Source of the DNA: a virus
IMG/VR virus record: IMGVR_UViG_3300044941_000276
Span: 1-64,000 of that record
Direction: 5' to 3' (one strand)
DNA length: 64,000 bases
Part shown: positions 1-10,343 of the stretch, in pieces
How positions within the stretch are numbered: the stretch's first letter is position 1
Layout of the letters: each line of letters opens with the position of its first letter
Translations under genes and position numbers: made by a program
The notes under the pieces: generated by a model
Databases searched by the model: none
The model's input: only the letters and a program-made list of their open reading frames with translations
Told to the model about the DNA's origin: nothing

Positions 1-3000
1 TTTTCCATCAAGGTAAACACTTGATTGATCTGTTACTACACCTCCTTCTATATCAATTACTCCATCGTGTATCATTTGAGCTATAAACATTATCTCCCTA
101 AATTTTTGGTCACCTATGGCATTAAACCACATCATATTACTTGATGCCCAAGCCATACCTGTTATTTGTTGTCGTCTTGCATATAACATAGACTCTACGT
201 TCATATTATCCATGTTATATTTAAGTCTAAGTTGTAATAAAAACTCTTCGTTATCTGGATTAAAAACAAACCTCATAGCTTTCATTACACCTCTTCTAGT
301 TACTCTATCGCTTCCTATACCTCCGTTTAATATTGGAAGCGTAGAAAACATAGTACTCAATAATTGAATAAAAGATGTACGAGCAGATAGACCCAATTGT
401 TGAAGAGTTACAGCTGATTTAAACGCGCTAATGTTACGAGCTAACATTTCTTCTTCTTCTTTAAGACCCGCTTTTCCAAATACATTGGTTCTAATAAATG
501 TATCCATCAAATCGGTTATTTCTGGGAAGTTTTTATGCCATACAAAATTACTCATCGATATCATACTACGAGCAGCCATGATTTGAGGAAGAGATTTATT
601 CCACTCTCTGGTTTTATTTTCTTGATAATTAGCCCATAGATATAAACTTTCTATATCGGTTTCCCATTGATCTTGTTGTGTTTCATCTAACATTTTTTGT
701 CTATTCTTAGGGTCTTTTTGATACATCATAGAACTTTTAATCTTAGCTTTGAACACATTGTTATCGTCAATGGATCTTTCGTTTTCATTTTGTGCAGCAA
801 TAGTCTCATTAAAACTATTTTTAAAAGACAAAAGAGCTTCTTTAAAATTTCCTTTTTTAACAGATTCTGCAAACTTTGCACTTGCTGATTTTTCAATTAA
901 AGGCAGTTCTCTTACAGTTACATCATCCAAGTTATCATCGGCTCTCATTTCTCTTAGATTTTCAATCATCTTAGAAACGAGGTTTCTTTCAGCGTTAGTT
1001 AGCTCGGTTTGATTAAATTTTTTATAATCATAATTTTGATCATAAGGATCGCGTAACCTAAAAGTATTTCTTATTTTTATAGTTCCATCGGGAGCTTCTA
1101 TTTCTTCATATTCATATAAATTATTAAAGTGATTTGATGTTGTAAGACTTGTTAATTTTCCCTTTTCTTTGTAATATTCTGCAAATTCTTCTCTTATTTT
1201 ATCAAAATATTTATTATAAGCCATTTTAAACCTTTGTCTCATATTAAGAACGATAGATCTAATACTTTGAAACATAGGAGATCTAACTTCATCAGGAGGA
1301 GTAATGCTTTTAGAAAGTCTTGACATGTCACCTTCATCTGCGTATAATTCAATGTTACCAACAGTAAGAATAAGTTCATTTAACAATTTTAATTCATACA
1401 AGTCTTCTTCGGTCACTCTACCTTCCATTCGTTGACGTTCAAGTTCTTGTTGTCTTTGTACTATATCGTTATAAAAATTATTATCTATTGAGTTGTTTAT
1501 ATTTAATGTTCCTACTGATTGACCAGGTTTTGCTTTTAAATTGTTTAGTAATTTATATTGAAATGCTGCTCTAGGGGCACCTATATTACTTACACCAATG
1601 AATCTCGATTGATAAAATGAATATATATCGATTATTCTATCTCTTACACTTTGTCTATTAGCATAACTATTATATGATTTTATAGCATCATCCATATCGG
1701 TAGTTTCTCCTGAAACCTCGATAAGTTTTTTAACATCTCTATCAATTTTAGTTATATTCATTATAGTGGGTTTAGAAGTTACTTGATTAGATATCGATAC
1801 AATCGACCCTATTTTACGATCACTGTTAAACTTTTGATTTATTATAAATAGATATGTTTTAATAGCTTCTATATTTCCATAACGAGCGTCCATAAGATTG
1901 TACATATTATCTTGCTCGGCATTTAAAAAGTTACCAGCTATACTACCCGATGATACTTTTTCTCCAAATATAGGCATGGAACTAAACGATGTGTTGTTTA
2001 ATATATCGCGGTCTTCATTGGGTTTAGGATGAAGATTTAAAAAGTCTATAACGTTGGTTTCTGTGTTTAACATCATTACAATACCCAATTCTAATGATTC
2101 TGGTGTAGATACATCGGTCCACAATGGCACATAAGTTACATGTTTAGTTGTAGGATCATATTCTGCTTTAAACTCTGACCAATACTTACTAAAAGCTGAA
2201 TTAAATACCTTTCTATATTCACTATCATCATAATCACCTGTAAAGTCAAAACTAGGTTCCGGCATAGGTTTGTTATTATAAGTGTATTGACTATTTAATT
2301 GATCAGGTCTAAATCTATTTTGCAAACTATAAATTTGCATCATGTTAAAATAATTAGATAATAACAGACCATAATCTTGTTTTTGAGAATAAGTGTATTC
2401 AAGATAATCATCTAATAATTTTTCATAATCGTTTACATCTTGGCTGCGTATTACTTTACGTTCGATAGCGTTAAAGAAATATCCTTTAGCCATAGCTTTT
2501 TCTTTTTTCTTTGCTTTTTGCTTAGCTATATCATCAGGATCATCCGTTAGCGATTCATAATTAAAGTATTTTTTCATGAAGTTTCTGATAGGTTTATTTT
2601 TTATAGAAACTTCACCTTTATTTAACAATGGAGTACCGTATCTTGAATTTAACTGATGTTGCATATTACGGTAAGTTCCAAGCGTTTTAATATTTCTTGG
2701 AGCTACATCAACTCCACTTTTATTATCGAGTTGTAGATTTTTAAAACTAGTGATAACTCCTTTATCAACATTAGTATGATTAACTGTAAGTTGTATAGGA
2801 ATAGGAGTGATAGTAGATACATTGATACCATTTTCCGCTAACATGTGAGCATATGTAGCCATTTGAGCTTGTACGGCTTTATCTTTACTTTTACTCCAAA
2901 ATTCTCTAGGTTTAAGCGATGTTTTATAGTCTATAATGTGAGCGTCCCCTTTACTATCTATTACAAGTAAATCTATGGTACCAGCCACATTACCTAGTCC

Positions 3001-4278
3001 AGTATCACCTACTCCAGTAATTTTAAGTTCTGGATAGACATGTACAGCATCTTTTGGTATAACAGGTAATATCCGTGTTAAAAAAGTATCGGCTATTAAC
3101 GATTTAAAACTTTCAAGATCATCAATATCTTTAAATTTTTTAGTACCGTCATCTTGTACAGGTAATTCATCAAGAGATGTGAGTGCTTCAAATATTTCTT
3201 CTTTAGTAATATTTCGATTAAAGCTATTACCCATAGAAGTTATTATTACTTCAAATCCTTTATGTACAGCTGTACCTACCAACGATATATTCTTTTTCCA
3301 TTGGAGATCAGCTTTTACATATTGTTTTAATTGATTTTGCATTCTTTTGGTTATAGCTATACTATCACCTATTATATCTTTACTTTTTACATTAAAATCA
3401 GTGATTTTTATTTTACTAACTGTTTTCTTAACACTATCGGATATATCGGGATCTTTTTTTACTTCTTCAACCCACTTGTTATAATCGGCTATAAACTTAG
3501 GTGTCTTTGATCTAACTTCTAAACTATTATTAAACTTATATTTGCCATTTTCAAAATAGAAAAGATCAGGTACTATTTTTGTTAATTTATTATAAGACTC
3601 GGCATCGATATATTCCTCTTCGTTATATTCTTGTGATGTTTCAAGAAACATATCTTTTATAAAATTACTAACCCTTTCATAAGTCTTACCATCTTTAACA
3701 TATACCGATGATTCCTCGGTACCTTTTAATTTCATTTTTTGATTACTTGTTATTATATCGTTTATCTTTTTAACTACGTTAGAAAGATTATCGATACTTC
3801 TTCTTCTAAAACTGTCTATTCCCTTTTTACGTTTTGCTTGAAAACTTTCATCGAGGTATACAGCAAGATCATTTATAGTAGTAAACTTTGATAAATCTTG
3901 TTCTATACCTAACCATTGTTTTATAACATCCATCAATCTTAAAAACCATGATTTAGGGGGACGATCTTTCTTTACTTCTTCGTGAACGCCCCTAGTAAGA
4001 ACTTCTGCGATTAATTCTTTTCCAGAAAGATAAGGATAATTTAATTGAACGTATGATAAAACTTGTTTACCTTCGGTAGTCATGATATAACTATTATATA
4101 TCTTCTTTATAGATTTTTCATCCTTATCATATATTTCATCTATAAATGGGTGTATTGCTTCGTGAAGTAATATATTATTATCAAGCTGTCCTACAAAATC
4201 AAGATTGTTATTGATATAATCAATGACTTGATCCAGCGTATAAGTAGTATTGTTAAGTATGTAATAGCAGTTCTTCAT
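1..4278 (-). CDS. Giant virion cargo protein (partial, runs off the window) with N-terminal HExxH zincin-like domain and PD-(D/E)xK nuclease domain
   Basis: Absent from the ORF track, consistent with no stop in the window. Hand translation from ATG 4278: MKNCYYILNN...LLHEAIHPFI...AEVLTR; ~2820-3050 reads VYPELKITG...AGTIDLLVIDSKGDAHIIDYKTS...QAQMATYAHML (RecB-like PD-(D/E)xK with QxxxY). The same frame reads ...YLDGK at position 1. Only segments were translated. Confidence 0.8.
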   Translation of the reverse strand, partial: MKNCYYILNNTTYTLDQVIDYINNNLDFVGQLDNNILLHEAIHPFIDEIYDKDEKSIKKIYNSYIMTTEGKQVLSYVQLNYPYLSGKELIAEVLTRGVHEEVKKDRPPKSWFLRLMDVIKQWLGIEQDLSKFTTINDLAVYLDESFQAKRKKGIDSFRRRSIDNLSNVVKKINDIITSNQKMKLKGTEESSVYVKDGKTYERVSNFIKDMFLETSQEYNEEEYIDAESYNKLTKIVPDLFYFENGKYKFNNSLEVRSKTPKFIADYNKWVEEVKKDPDISDSVKKTVSKIKITDFNVKSKDIIGDSIAITKRMQNQLKQYVKADLQWKKNISLVGTAVHKGFEVIITSMGNSFNRNITKEEIFEALTSLDELPVQDDGTKKFKDIDDLESFKSLIADTFLTRILPVIPKDAVHVYPELKITGVGDTGLGNVAGTIDLLVIDSKGDAHIIDYKTSLKPREFWSKSKDKAVQAQMATYAHMLAENGINVSTITPIPIQLTVNHTNVDKGVITSFKNLQLDNKSGVDVAPRNIKTLGTYRNMQHQLNSRYGTPLLNKGEVSIKNKPIRNFMKKYFNYESLTDDPDDIAKQKAKKKEKAMAKGYFFNAIERKVIRSQDVNDYEKLLDDYLEYTYSQKQDYGLLLSNYFNMMQIYSLQNRFRPDQLNSQYTYNNKPMPEPSFDFTGDYDDSEYRKVFNSAFSKYWSEFKAEYDPTTKHVTYVPLWTDVSTPESLELGIVMMLNTETNVIDFLNLHPKPNEDRDILNNTSFSSMPIFGEKVSSGSIAGNFLNAEQDNMYNLMDARYGNIEAIKTYLFIINQKFNSDRKIGSIVSISNQVTSKPTIMNITKIDRDVKKLIEVSGETTDMDDAIKSYNSYANRQSVRDRIIDIYSFYQSRFIGVSNIGAPRAAFQYKLLNNLKAKPGQSVGTLNINNSIDNNFYNDIVQRQQELERQRMEGRVTEEDLYELKLLNELILTVGNIELYADEGDMSRLSKSITPPDEVRSPMFQSIRSIVLNMRQRFKMAYNKYFDKIREEFAEYYKEKGKLTSLTTSNHFNNLYEYEEIEAPDGTIKIRNTFRLRDPYDQNYDYKKFNQTELTNAERNLVSKMIENLREMRADDNLDDVTVRELPLIEKSASAKFAESVKKGNFKEALLSFKNSFNETIAAQNENERSIDDNNVFKAKIKSSMMYQKDPKNRQKMLDETQQDQWETDIESLYLWANYQENKTREWNKSLPQIMAARSMISMSNFVWHKNFPEITDLMDTFIRTNVFGKAGLKEEEEMLARNISAFKSAVTLQQLGLSARTSFIQLLSTMFSTLPILNGGIGSDRVTRRGVMKAMRFVFNPDNEEFLLQLRLKYNMDNMNVESMLYARRQQITGMAWASSNMMWFNAIGDQKFREIMFIAQMIHDGVIDIEGGVVTDQSSVYLDGK

Positions 4279-4280
4279 TA

Positions 4281-4496
4281 TTAGTTATAGTTTAAATATC
4301 CTATTATTTTAACTTTATCTTGTTCGTAAAAATAAATGGCTCCAAAATTATTGAGATAACTTGAAACAAGAGGTCGATGTTCTTTCTTAACTTTGAAACT
4401 AAATCGCGTATTGTAATATAGATATAAAGATGCTTGAGCCAAATCATATCCAAATTGGATGTCACTATTATCGGTTTTTAACTTTTTCATTAACAT
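4281..4496 (-). CDS. Small hypothetical protein (71 aa)
   Basis: Fills the gap between flanking - strand genes, overlapping the upstream stop; no recognisable motif. Confidence 0.55.
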   Translation of the reverse strand: MLMKKLKTDNSDIQFGYDLAQASLYLYYNTRFSFKVKKEHRPLVSSYLNNFGAIYFYEQDKVKIIGYLNYN

Positions 4497-5236
4497 ATTG
4501 TTTTAATATTAAATCGTTTAAGTATAGACTCCCATTCTTTATCGCTAGGTCGATAATTTATTTTATCTCCATCATACCAAGCCTGAGTTGAATCTTCAAG
4601 TTTTCTAGCCCACGATACTATATCAGGCCTAGTTGATAATATAACATCTTGATCATAAAATCCAAATTGATTAATTATTTCTTCTTGATTGCGTGATAAT
4701 ACATCTTGGTCACTCATAGGTAATGATGATACAATCGCTATACTTGTACCTACTCTTGAAAGTATATTGTTTAATTTACTTTGTGTAGCTTTACCTTTGT
4801 CAGACTCGATATAGTATATACTATCTATAGTAGGTTCTAAATTATCATCTACCATTGTTTCATCTATACCATTACTTCTAACAGCTTGTATCCAAGTTTT
4901 TTCTCCTGATAACCACTCGGCCTGTGCTTTTCTCCAATCTCCAAAGTGTTTTATAAAATCATGACTGTGTACCATTTCATAATCTCTCATGGGATCATCA
5001 GATCTGTTATAGAGAGCTTCCCATAATCGACTTTGATTATTATTAGCAGCTTTTACAAACGGTCTGTTATTCCTATAAACTATTTGACCGTTCTTTATTA
5101 ATTGTTTCTCGAAATCAGATCTATTGGCTATATTAGCGGCTAAGTTGTCCGACTCTAATTCTAATATATTGTTTACATATGAGTCTTCAACTACATCATG
5201 ACCCATAACATTTAATAAACATATTTGATTACTCAT
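4490..5236 (-). CDS. Cargo-associated protein (~248 aa) with a polyvalent-protein-like FxxxFGDW...D.N.EP module
   Basis: ORF 4490..5386, probable start ATG 5236 (MSNQICLL); the extension is antisense to the + gene. Motif KAANNNQSRLW...HSHDFIKHFGDW...VDDNLEP resembles modules of phage large polyvalent proteins (recalled). Confidence 0.7.
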   Translation of the reverse strand: MSNQICLLNVMGHDVVEDSYVNNILELESDNLAANIANRSDFEKQLIKNGQIVYRNNRPFVKAANNNQSRLWEALYNRSDDPMRDYEMVHSHDFIKHFGDWRKAQAEWLSGEKTWIQAVRSNGIDETMVDDNLEPTIDSIYYIESDKGKATQSKLNNILSRVGTSIAIVSSLPMSDQDVLSRNQEEIINQFGFYDQDVILSTRPDIVSWARKLEDSTQAWYDGDKINYRPSDKEWESILKRFNIKTIC

Positions 5237-8200
5237 GGCTTTATGTATTAATTTAACTGATATCAATAATAATGGTAACGTTCGTTTAAAATTTGCAGAC
5301 GACGTAAGTGTTCGTGATATGATAGATATACTATCTAAGTTTGATAAAGATCTAACAAAAATTATAACCCAACGCAAATATAGCAATATCCAATCACTTA
5401 CTACTATAATAGATACTAATTTAAAACTGTTAGATCAGAATCAAAGAGATAGAGTATTTTTTGAAGTTATGACCGATGATGGTTTTTATATATCGGATCA
5501 GCGATATGATACTAACGTTGAAGAAATAAAAGAAGAAGTTAAAAATGAAAAAGCTGAAGATGTTTTAAAAGAAGTAATTGATGCAAAAGCTCAACAAAAT
5601 ACAACCGATATAGACGACGAAGAAATAAGATATTACGAGCAAGTTGTTGAATCGACAGAAGAATCTAGTCTTGTAATAAGTAATTATATCAACGGTGAAG
5701 TCGATCCAATAATAGAAGGAGTTATCAATCAATATATAGACGAAACACAATCATATGTAGATGAAGAAGATAATAGATCATCAATTCGAGAAAACATAAT
5801 AAATAGACTTAAATCGTTTAAAGTTAAAATATTATCTGAAAAAGAAGCTGCTGAAAACGGCATATTATCTAGTGAAGAAAATAAAAACAAAAAAATAAAA
5901 GGATATGTATCGTATGAGGATAATACAATATACATAACTCCTAATACAACCGAAGATGAAATATCAGAAGTAATATTACACGAACTTACTCACACAGTAT
6001 TAAGATTAAAAGATAATGTAGGAGACGAATCTTTCTTACAAGGCGCTGAACAAATAAAACAACTATTATCTTCTAAAGAAGATGAAATACTTAGTAGTAA
6101 TAATCAGTCGCTGATAACTATATATAATAGAATAAAAAATAGCGAAGGTGATGATTTAATAAACAATGTTGAAGAGTTGGCTGTACGAGCTTTAACAAAT
6201 AAAGCTTTTGCTGATAGTTTAAACAATATACAACTTGATAAATCCAATGTTACATATGGCACATTATGGAGTAAAATAATTGATATAATAAGATCAGTTC
6301 TTAATATTGGAAGTAAACAAAACACATTAAGATCAGCGATACTTAGTCCAGTTGTTGAGTATATTGATAAAAGAGAATCTATAGAAACTCAATTTGAAAA
6401 TGACATATCATATCAATTGTATGAAGAAACTCTTACAATGAGTGATTATGTCAACGGTAGAATAGTATGGGAAAATTATACAAAAGATGTAACCGTAAAT
6501 TACAAGAAAGACAATAAAGAACAATCGTTTAAAACATTTGATCGTTATTATCTTGAACGTATAGATAGACACGTACCAAAAAACAAAAAAGAACTTACTC
6601 GATATGACCAATATCAATTATCTCGTTGGGATTATGCTATAAGCAATCTTGAACAAGGAGATCTTGTATTGGTTCCTAAAATGAAAAAGGTTGGCGATCA
6701 ATGGCATTATGAATATAAAGATGCCGATGGTAATTGGAGGAGTCATAATGTAAATCAAGGTATAAGACCTAACCTTGAATACAAAACTATGTATCTTCCA
6801 GTATTATATCCAACTACTCCTTATTATAATACAATTGCTGTAGCTACACCTAATAGTGAAGAAGGTGGTCGAGTTTCAAAAGTAGATAAGTCTACTATTA
6901 TATCAATAAGAAAACGAGATAGTAGCAATATAAAAAAATTAGATAAAATAACTCGATCTGGAAATGAAATTACTGATGAATTTAGAGCCCATGCCGATAC
7001 AGTATTTGAAGAACTAGGAGAATTTAGAGATAGTAGAAGTAGATTTTATAAAAAAGACGAAAAAGGTCGATATGTAAAATCTTGGATTGATAAAGATGGA
7101 AATCCTGATAATGATAAATTAAAACAATTATTACAAGAACATCAATGGGTAGCTTTATTTTCTCCTGATAGAAATTTTCAAATAAAAGATTTTCAAGAAG
7201 GAGACATTGTAAAAATAAGCTTTAAAAAGTGGGATTCGGTTAATAAGAGATGGGTTGCAAGAGATGATAGAGAAATAAACGCTAGAGTTAATTTCACTGT
7301 TGGAGGTAAAATAAGCGTAAGTTATATAGCCAGTGATTCTGATGATCCATTGAGTGTAAGTAGTTTTCTTATAGATCCAGAAGATGTAATAGAATTAAAC
7401 AAGAAGAAAAGTAATATATCAATTGATTCTCTTAATAATATTAAATTAGGCACTAAACTAAAAGAAGATCCCAACTGGTCAATTAGATCTGTAAAAGGAT
7501 CGACATTGATGACAGAAGAAGAATATATCAATTATAGAAAAGAAAAAGATAGTAGATTAACTGAAGACAAATTAAGAGAAGATTATAAAAAATATTTAGA
7601 CAAAGAAGAACAAAGAAAAGAAGCAGGTCAAGAATACGTAGGGAATCTTAATCCTGGAGACGCAGTACTTTTACCTTGGAGAGGTGAAAAATCAAACGGT
7701 GAAATAGTTGAAGGATTTAAATGGAGAAAGGTATTATTTGCTTCTACCAATGGGGTATTTGTAGAAGAAATTAATAAAGAAGGCGATCCTTATCCGAAAT
7801 ACTATCCGACTAGTAGTGTAAAACACGTAGGTATATATGTAGGCGACGATAAAAAGATATACCTAGAACACGAAAGAAAATTTCCTAAAATAGAGGATAG
7901 TGACAGCGATAGTGTAAAAATATCTAAGTATAAATTAAAAAACGATAGCTTTTTATCTATACCTATATACATACCAAAGCTTACTGAAGATAATGAAATT
8001 GAAGTAAGAATCGCCAGAGAAGAATCAATGAGGTATATTAAACTTCTAGAACCTGGAGATCTTATAACTGAAAATGTAGATATCGATGGTAAAACAGTAA
8101 CTCTCGAAAAAGTAGTTATATCAGTAGATGGAGGTATTGTAAAAACAGCTTATAAAACAAAAACTGGTGATATTATAATAACAAGAGTAACAATAGATAA

Positions 8201-10310
8201 TATAAGAAAGATACAATATAAAGGTCCCAGACATGTTGATTATAAAACTACTGGTTATACCAGAGATGGTATACAAGATATGTTTGAAAGAAAATCTGCT
8301 AGATTTAGCGAAAATTTATTTAGTAAAAAAGTATTTAAACATTTCAAACCTGTAACATGGGAAGGATATACTAGTATTCAAGTTAATAACATAAACGATG
8401 CTAAGTATCTTTTTGAAAGCGACAATATACTTTATAATCGGTATAACGACGATAGACCAAAATATAAAGTAAAATCTCTTTCTGGTGGAAAATTTGAAGT
8501 TGTAGCTTTATCACCGTATGATCCATCAACCGGACAACAAAATGAATTATATGTTGTTTTTTCAAGTGATGGTAGTGGTAAGCAAAGTGATGATAGCGGT
8601 AAGCACGTAAGACTTAAAAAACTCAAAGGTGGCGTAATGATCGATTCTGGGAAAACTAGAGCATTTGACTTTAAGTACTTTTATACTAACGAAAATGGAA
8701 AAAGAAGACCTAAAAGTAATATCGACGAAATGATGTTATCGGCTCGACCAGGAGAATTATTAACTTATACTTATGAAAACAAATCTGGTGAGTTGGTATA
8801 TGTTGACGCTCAAATATTAAATGTTGGTTATAAAGCTACTGTAGTAGGCAAAGTAGGTAATAAAAATGTATACGAAGATCAGCCTATTATAACTGTACTT
8901 ACAATGTCAAATGGAGAGTATATAACTATAGATGTAAGTAAAAAAGATGTAGTAGCAATAGGTAAATATAGAACACTTGGAAGTTATGTTAAAGCCAAGA
9001 AAAAAGTAGAAATTGTTTCCGACGATGACACGATAGATATAGATGCAGAAATAGTAAACGACGATGATGATTTTGAAGATACAACATTTACTGAAAATAA
9101 ACAGAAAACTGTTTATGTTCAACCATCAGATATTTATACTGGAGAAGTGCCATTTTATGAAGATTTGAGCGTATCGTATGAACCTAGTCAAAGTAACGAA
9201 AAACCCATAGGTGCTAAAAAATCAGAAATCTTGATGGGTAGTCCAGATGAAAGAGCTATTATATTAAAACCTAGCGATAAACAACCAAAATCAGGATTGG
9301 TGTTACCTATAGGTATAAGTGGTAGCGGAAAATCTACTTGGATAAACACTCTAACTAATCGTACTGTTATATCTCCAGACGAAATAAGAAAGGAATTAAC
9401 TGGTAATATATCAGACCAATCTAGAAATAAAGAAGTATTTGCTATAGCTAAAAAAAGAGCAATAGAAGCTCTAAAAAATGGTAAACTTGTAGTATTTGAT
9501 GCTACCAATCTTAATACGAAATTAAGAAACGATCTTATATCAGAAATAGAATTTGGTGTAGGAGGACAGATACCTATAGCTTATAAAGTTTTTCCTAGCG
9601 ATCCTGAAATATCTAAGAGTAGAATAAGAAAAGATCTACTCTCAGGTAAAGAGAGAGCCGCTGTACCAGATAACGTTATTGATATTCAATATAAACAATA
9701 TTTACAAACATTGGCTGATCTTGGAATTGAACCTCCACCACCTATTAATCAAGTAACAATTAAATATCATCCAGATAAAAATCATCAAGGATATCGTTCT
9801 ATGGTTAGAACATTTTTAGAGATTATAGGTAATCGATTACCTTCGGTAGATATATCGGTAGTGAAAAACAAAGATATGAGTTTGTATCAAATGGTAAACG
9901 GTAAGTTAAGTATAAATGAAAGTTATCCAATGAAGGACTTAACGATACAAGAATTAATTATACCGATATTAGATAAATCATCTCTTGTTAATCCAGATCT
10001 CAGTGGGCTATCGATATTTGAAGAATACACCGATAACAGAGATGAACAATTGATATTGTTATCAAAAATTGTATCTAATCTTGATGCTTATAGTAAAGAT
10101 GTACAAGATGTAATTACTCCAATACTTGACCAATATAAAGAAATATATGAAAGTTTGGTTAGTTATAAATGGGAAGGAACTTTGTTTGATAATGTAAAAA
10201 ATGATCCTATATTTAAAGGATCGTTATCTGAGTTGGAAGTAGATATAACTTTGAATGAAGATCAATTAAGAGATTTAGAAATAATAAAAGAAGTAAAATG
10301 TTTAAAATAA
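5235..10310 (+). CDS. Giant virion cargo protein (1691 aa): HExxH zincin-like domain, repeated SH3/KOW-like units, PNK/AAA_33-like P-loop kinase
   Basis: ILHELTH...VEELAVRAL; five xxG[DE]x[VIL] units; IGISGSGKSTW...ISPDEIRKEL...VVFDATNL...VPDNVI (nt ~9295-9720). Confidence 0.8.
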   Translation: MALCINLTDINNNGNVRLKFADDVSVRDMIDILSKFDKDLTKIITQRKYSNIQSLTTIIDTNLKLLDQNQRDRVFFEVMTDDGFYISDQRYDTNVEEIKEEVKNEKAEDVLKEVIDAKAQQNTTDIDDEEIRYYEQVVESTEESSLVISNYINGEVDPIIEGVINQYIDETQSYVDEEDNRSSIRENIINRLKSFKVKILSEKEAAENGILSSEENKNKKIKGYVSYEDNTIYITPNTTEDEISEVILHELTHTVLRLKDNVGDESFLQGAEQIKQLLSSKEDEILSSNNQSLITIYNRIKNSEGDDLINNVEELAVRALTNKAFADSLNNIQLDKSNVTYGTLWSKIIDIIRSVLNIGSKQNTLRSAILSPVVEYIDKRESIETQFENDISYQLYEETLTMSDYVNGRIVWENYTKDVTVNYKKDNKEQSFKTFDRYYLERIDRHVPKNKKELTRYDQYQLSRWDYAISNLEQGDLVLVPKMKKVGDQWHYEYKDADGNWRSHNVNQGIRPNLEYKTMYLPVLYPTTPYYNTIAVATPNSEEGGRVSKVDKSTIISIRKRDSSNIKKLDKITRSGNEITDEFRAHADTVFEELGEFRDSRSRFYKKDEKGRYVKSWIDKDGNPDNDKLKQLLQEHQWVALFSPDRNFQIKDFQEGDIVKISFKKWDSVNKRWVARDDREINARVNFTVGGKISVSYIASDSDDPLSVSSFLIDPEDVIELNKKKSNISIDSLNNIKLGTKLKEDPNWSIRSVKGSTLMTEEEYINYRKEKDSRLTEDKLREDYKKYLDKEEQRKEAGQEYVGNLNPGDAVLLPWRGEKSNGEIVEGFKWRKVLFASTNGVFVEEINKEGDPYPKYYPTSSVKHVGIYVGDDKKIYLEHERKFPKIEDSDSDSVKISKYKLKNDSFLSIPIYIPKLTEDNEIEVRIAREESMRYIKLLEPGDLITENVDIDGKTVTLEKVVISVDGGIVKTAYKTKTGDIIITRVTIDNIRKIQYKGPRHVDYKTTGYTRDGIQDMFERKSARFSENLFSKKVFKHFKPVTWEGYTSIQVNNINDAKYLFESDNILYNRYNDDRPKYKVKSLSGGKFEVVALSPYDPSTGQQNELYVVFSSDGSGKQSDDSGKHVRLKKLKGGVMIDSGKTRAFDFKYFYTNENGKRRPKSNIDEMMLSARPGELLTYTYENKSGELVYVDAQILNVGYKATVVGKVGNKNVYEDQPIITVLTMSNGEYITIDVSKKDVVAIGKYRTLGSYVKAKKKVEIVSDDDTIDIDAEIVNDDDDFEDTTFTENKQKTVYVQPSDIYTGEVPFYEDLSVSYEPSQSNEKPIGAKKSEILMGSPDERAIILKPSDKQPKSGLVLPIGISGSGKSTWINTLTNRTVISPDEIRKELTGNISDQSRNKEVFAIAKKRAIEALKNGKLVVFDATNLNTKLRNDLISEIEFGVGGQIPIAYKVFPSDPEISKSRIRKDLLSGKERAAVPDNVIDIQYKQYLQTLADLGIEPPPPINQVTIKYHPDKNHQGYRSMVRTFLEIIGNRLPSVDISVVKNKDMSLYQMVNGKLSINESYPMKDLTIQELIIPILDKSSLVNPDLSGLSIFEEYTDNRDEQLILLSKIVSNLDAYSKDVQDVITPILDQYKEIYESLVSYKWEGTLFDNVKNDPIFKGSLSELEVDITLNEDQLRDLEIIKEVKCLK

Positions 10311-10313
10311 AAA

Positions 10314-10337
10314 GAGACCCTCAAGATTGAGGGTCTC
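10314..10337. terminator. Bidirectional intrinsic terminator between convergent giant genes
   Basis: Perfect inverted repeat GAGACCCTCAA-GA-TTGAGGGTCTC with A-rich left and T-rich right flanks, between stops at 10310 (+) and 10344 (-). Confidence 0.85.
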
Positions 10338-10343
10338 GTTATT

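Noticed and set aside
116-1012. Short + strand ORFs (116..367, 697..888, 749..1012) and similar antisense ORFs throughout the track, e.g. 37273..37917
   Set aside because: They lie antisense to long real genes and have shadow-frame composition.
5237-5386. 50-aa N-terminal extension of the 298-aa ORF
   Set aside because: Antisense to the 1691-aa gene with a non-ATG start; ATG 5236 gives a start matching the N-terminal Cys pattern.
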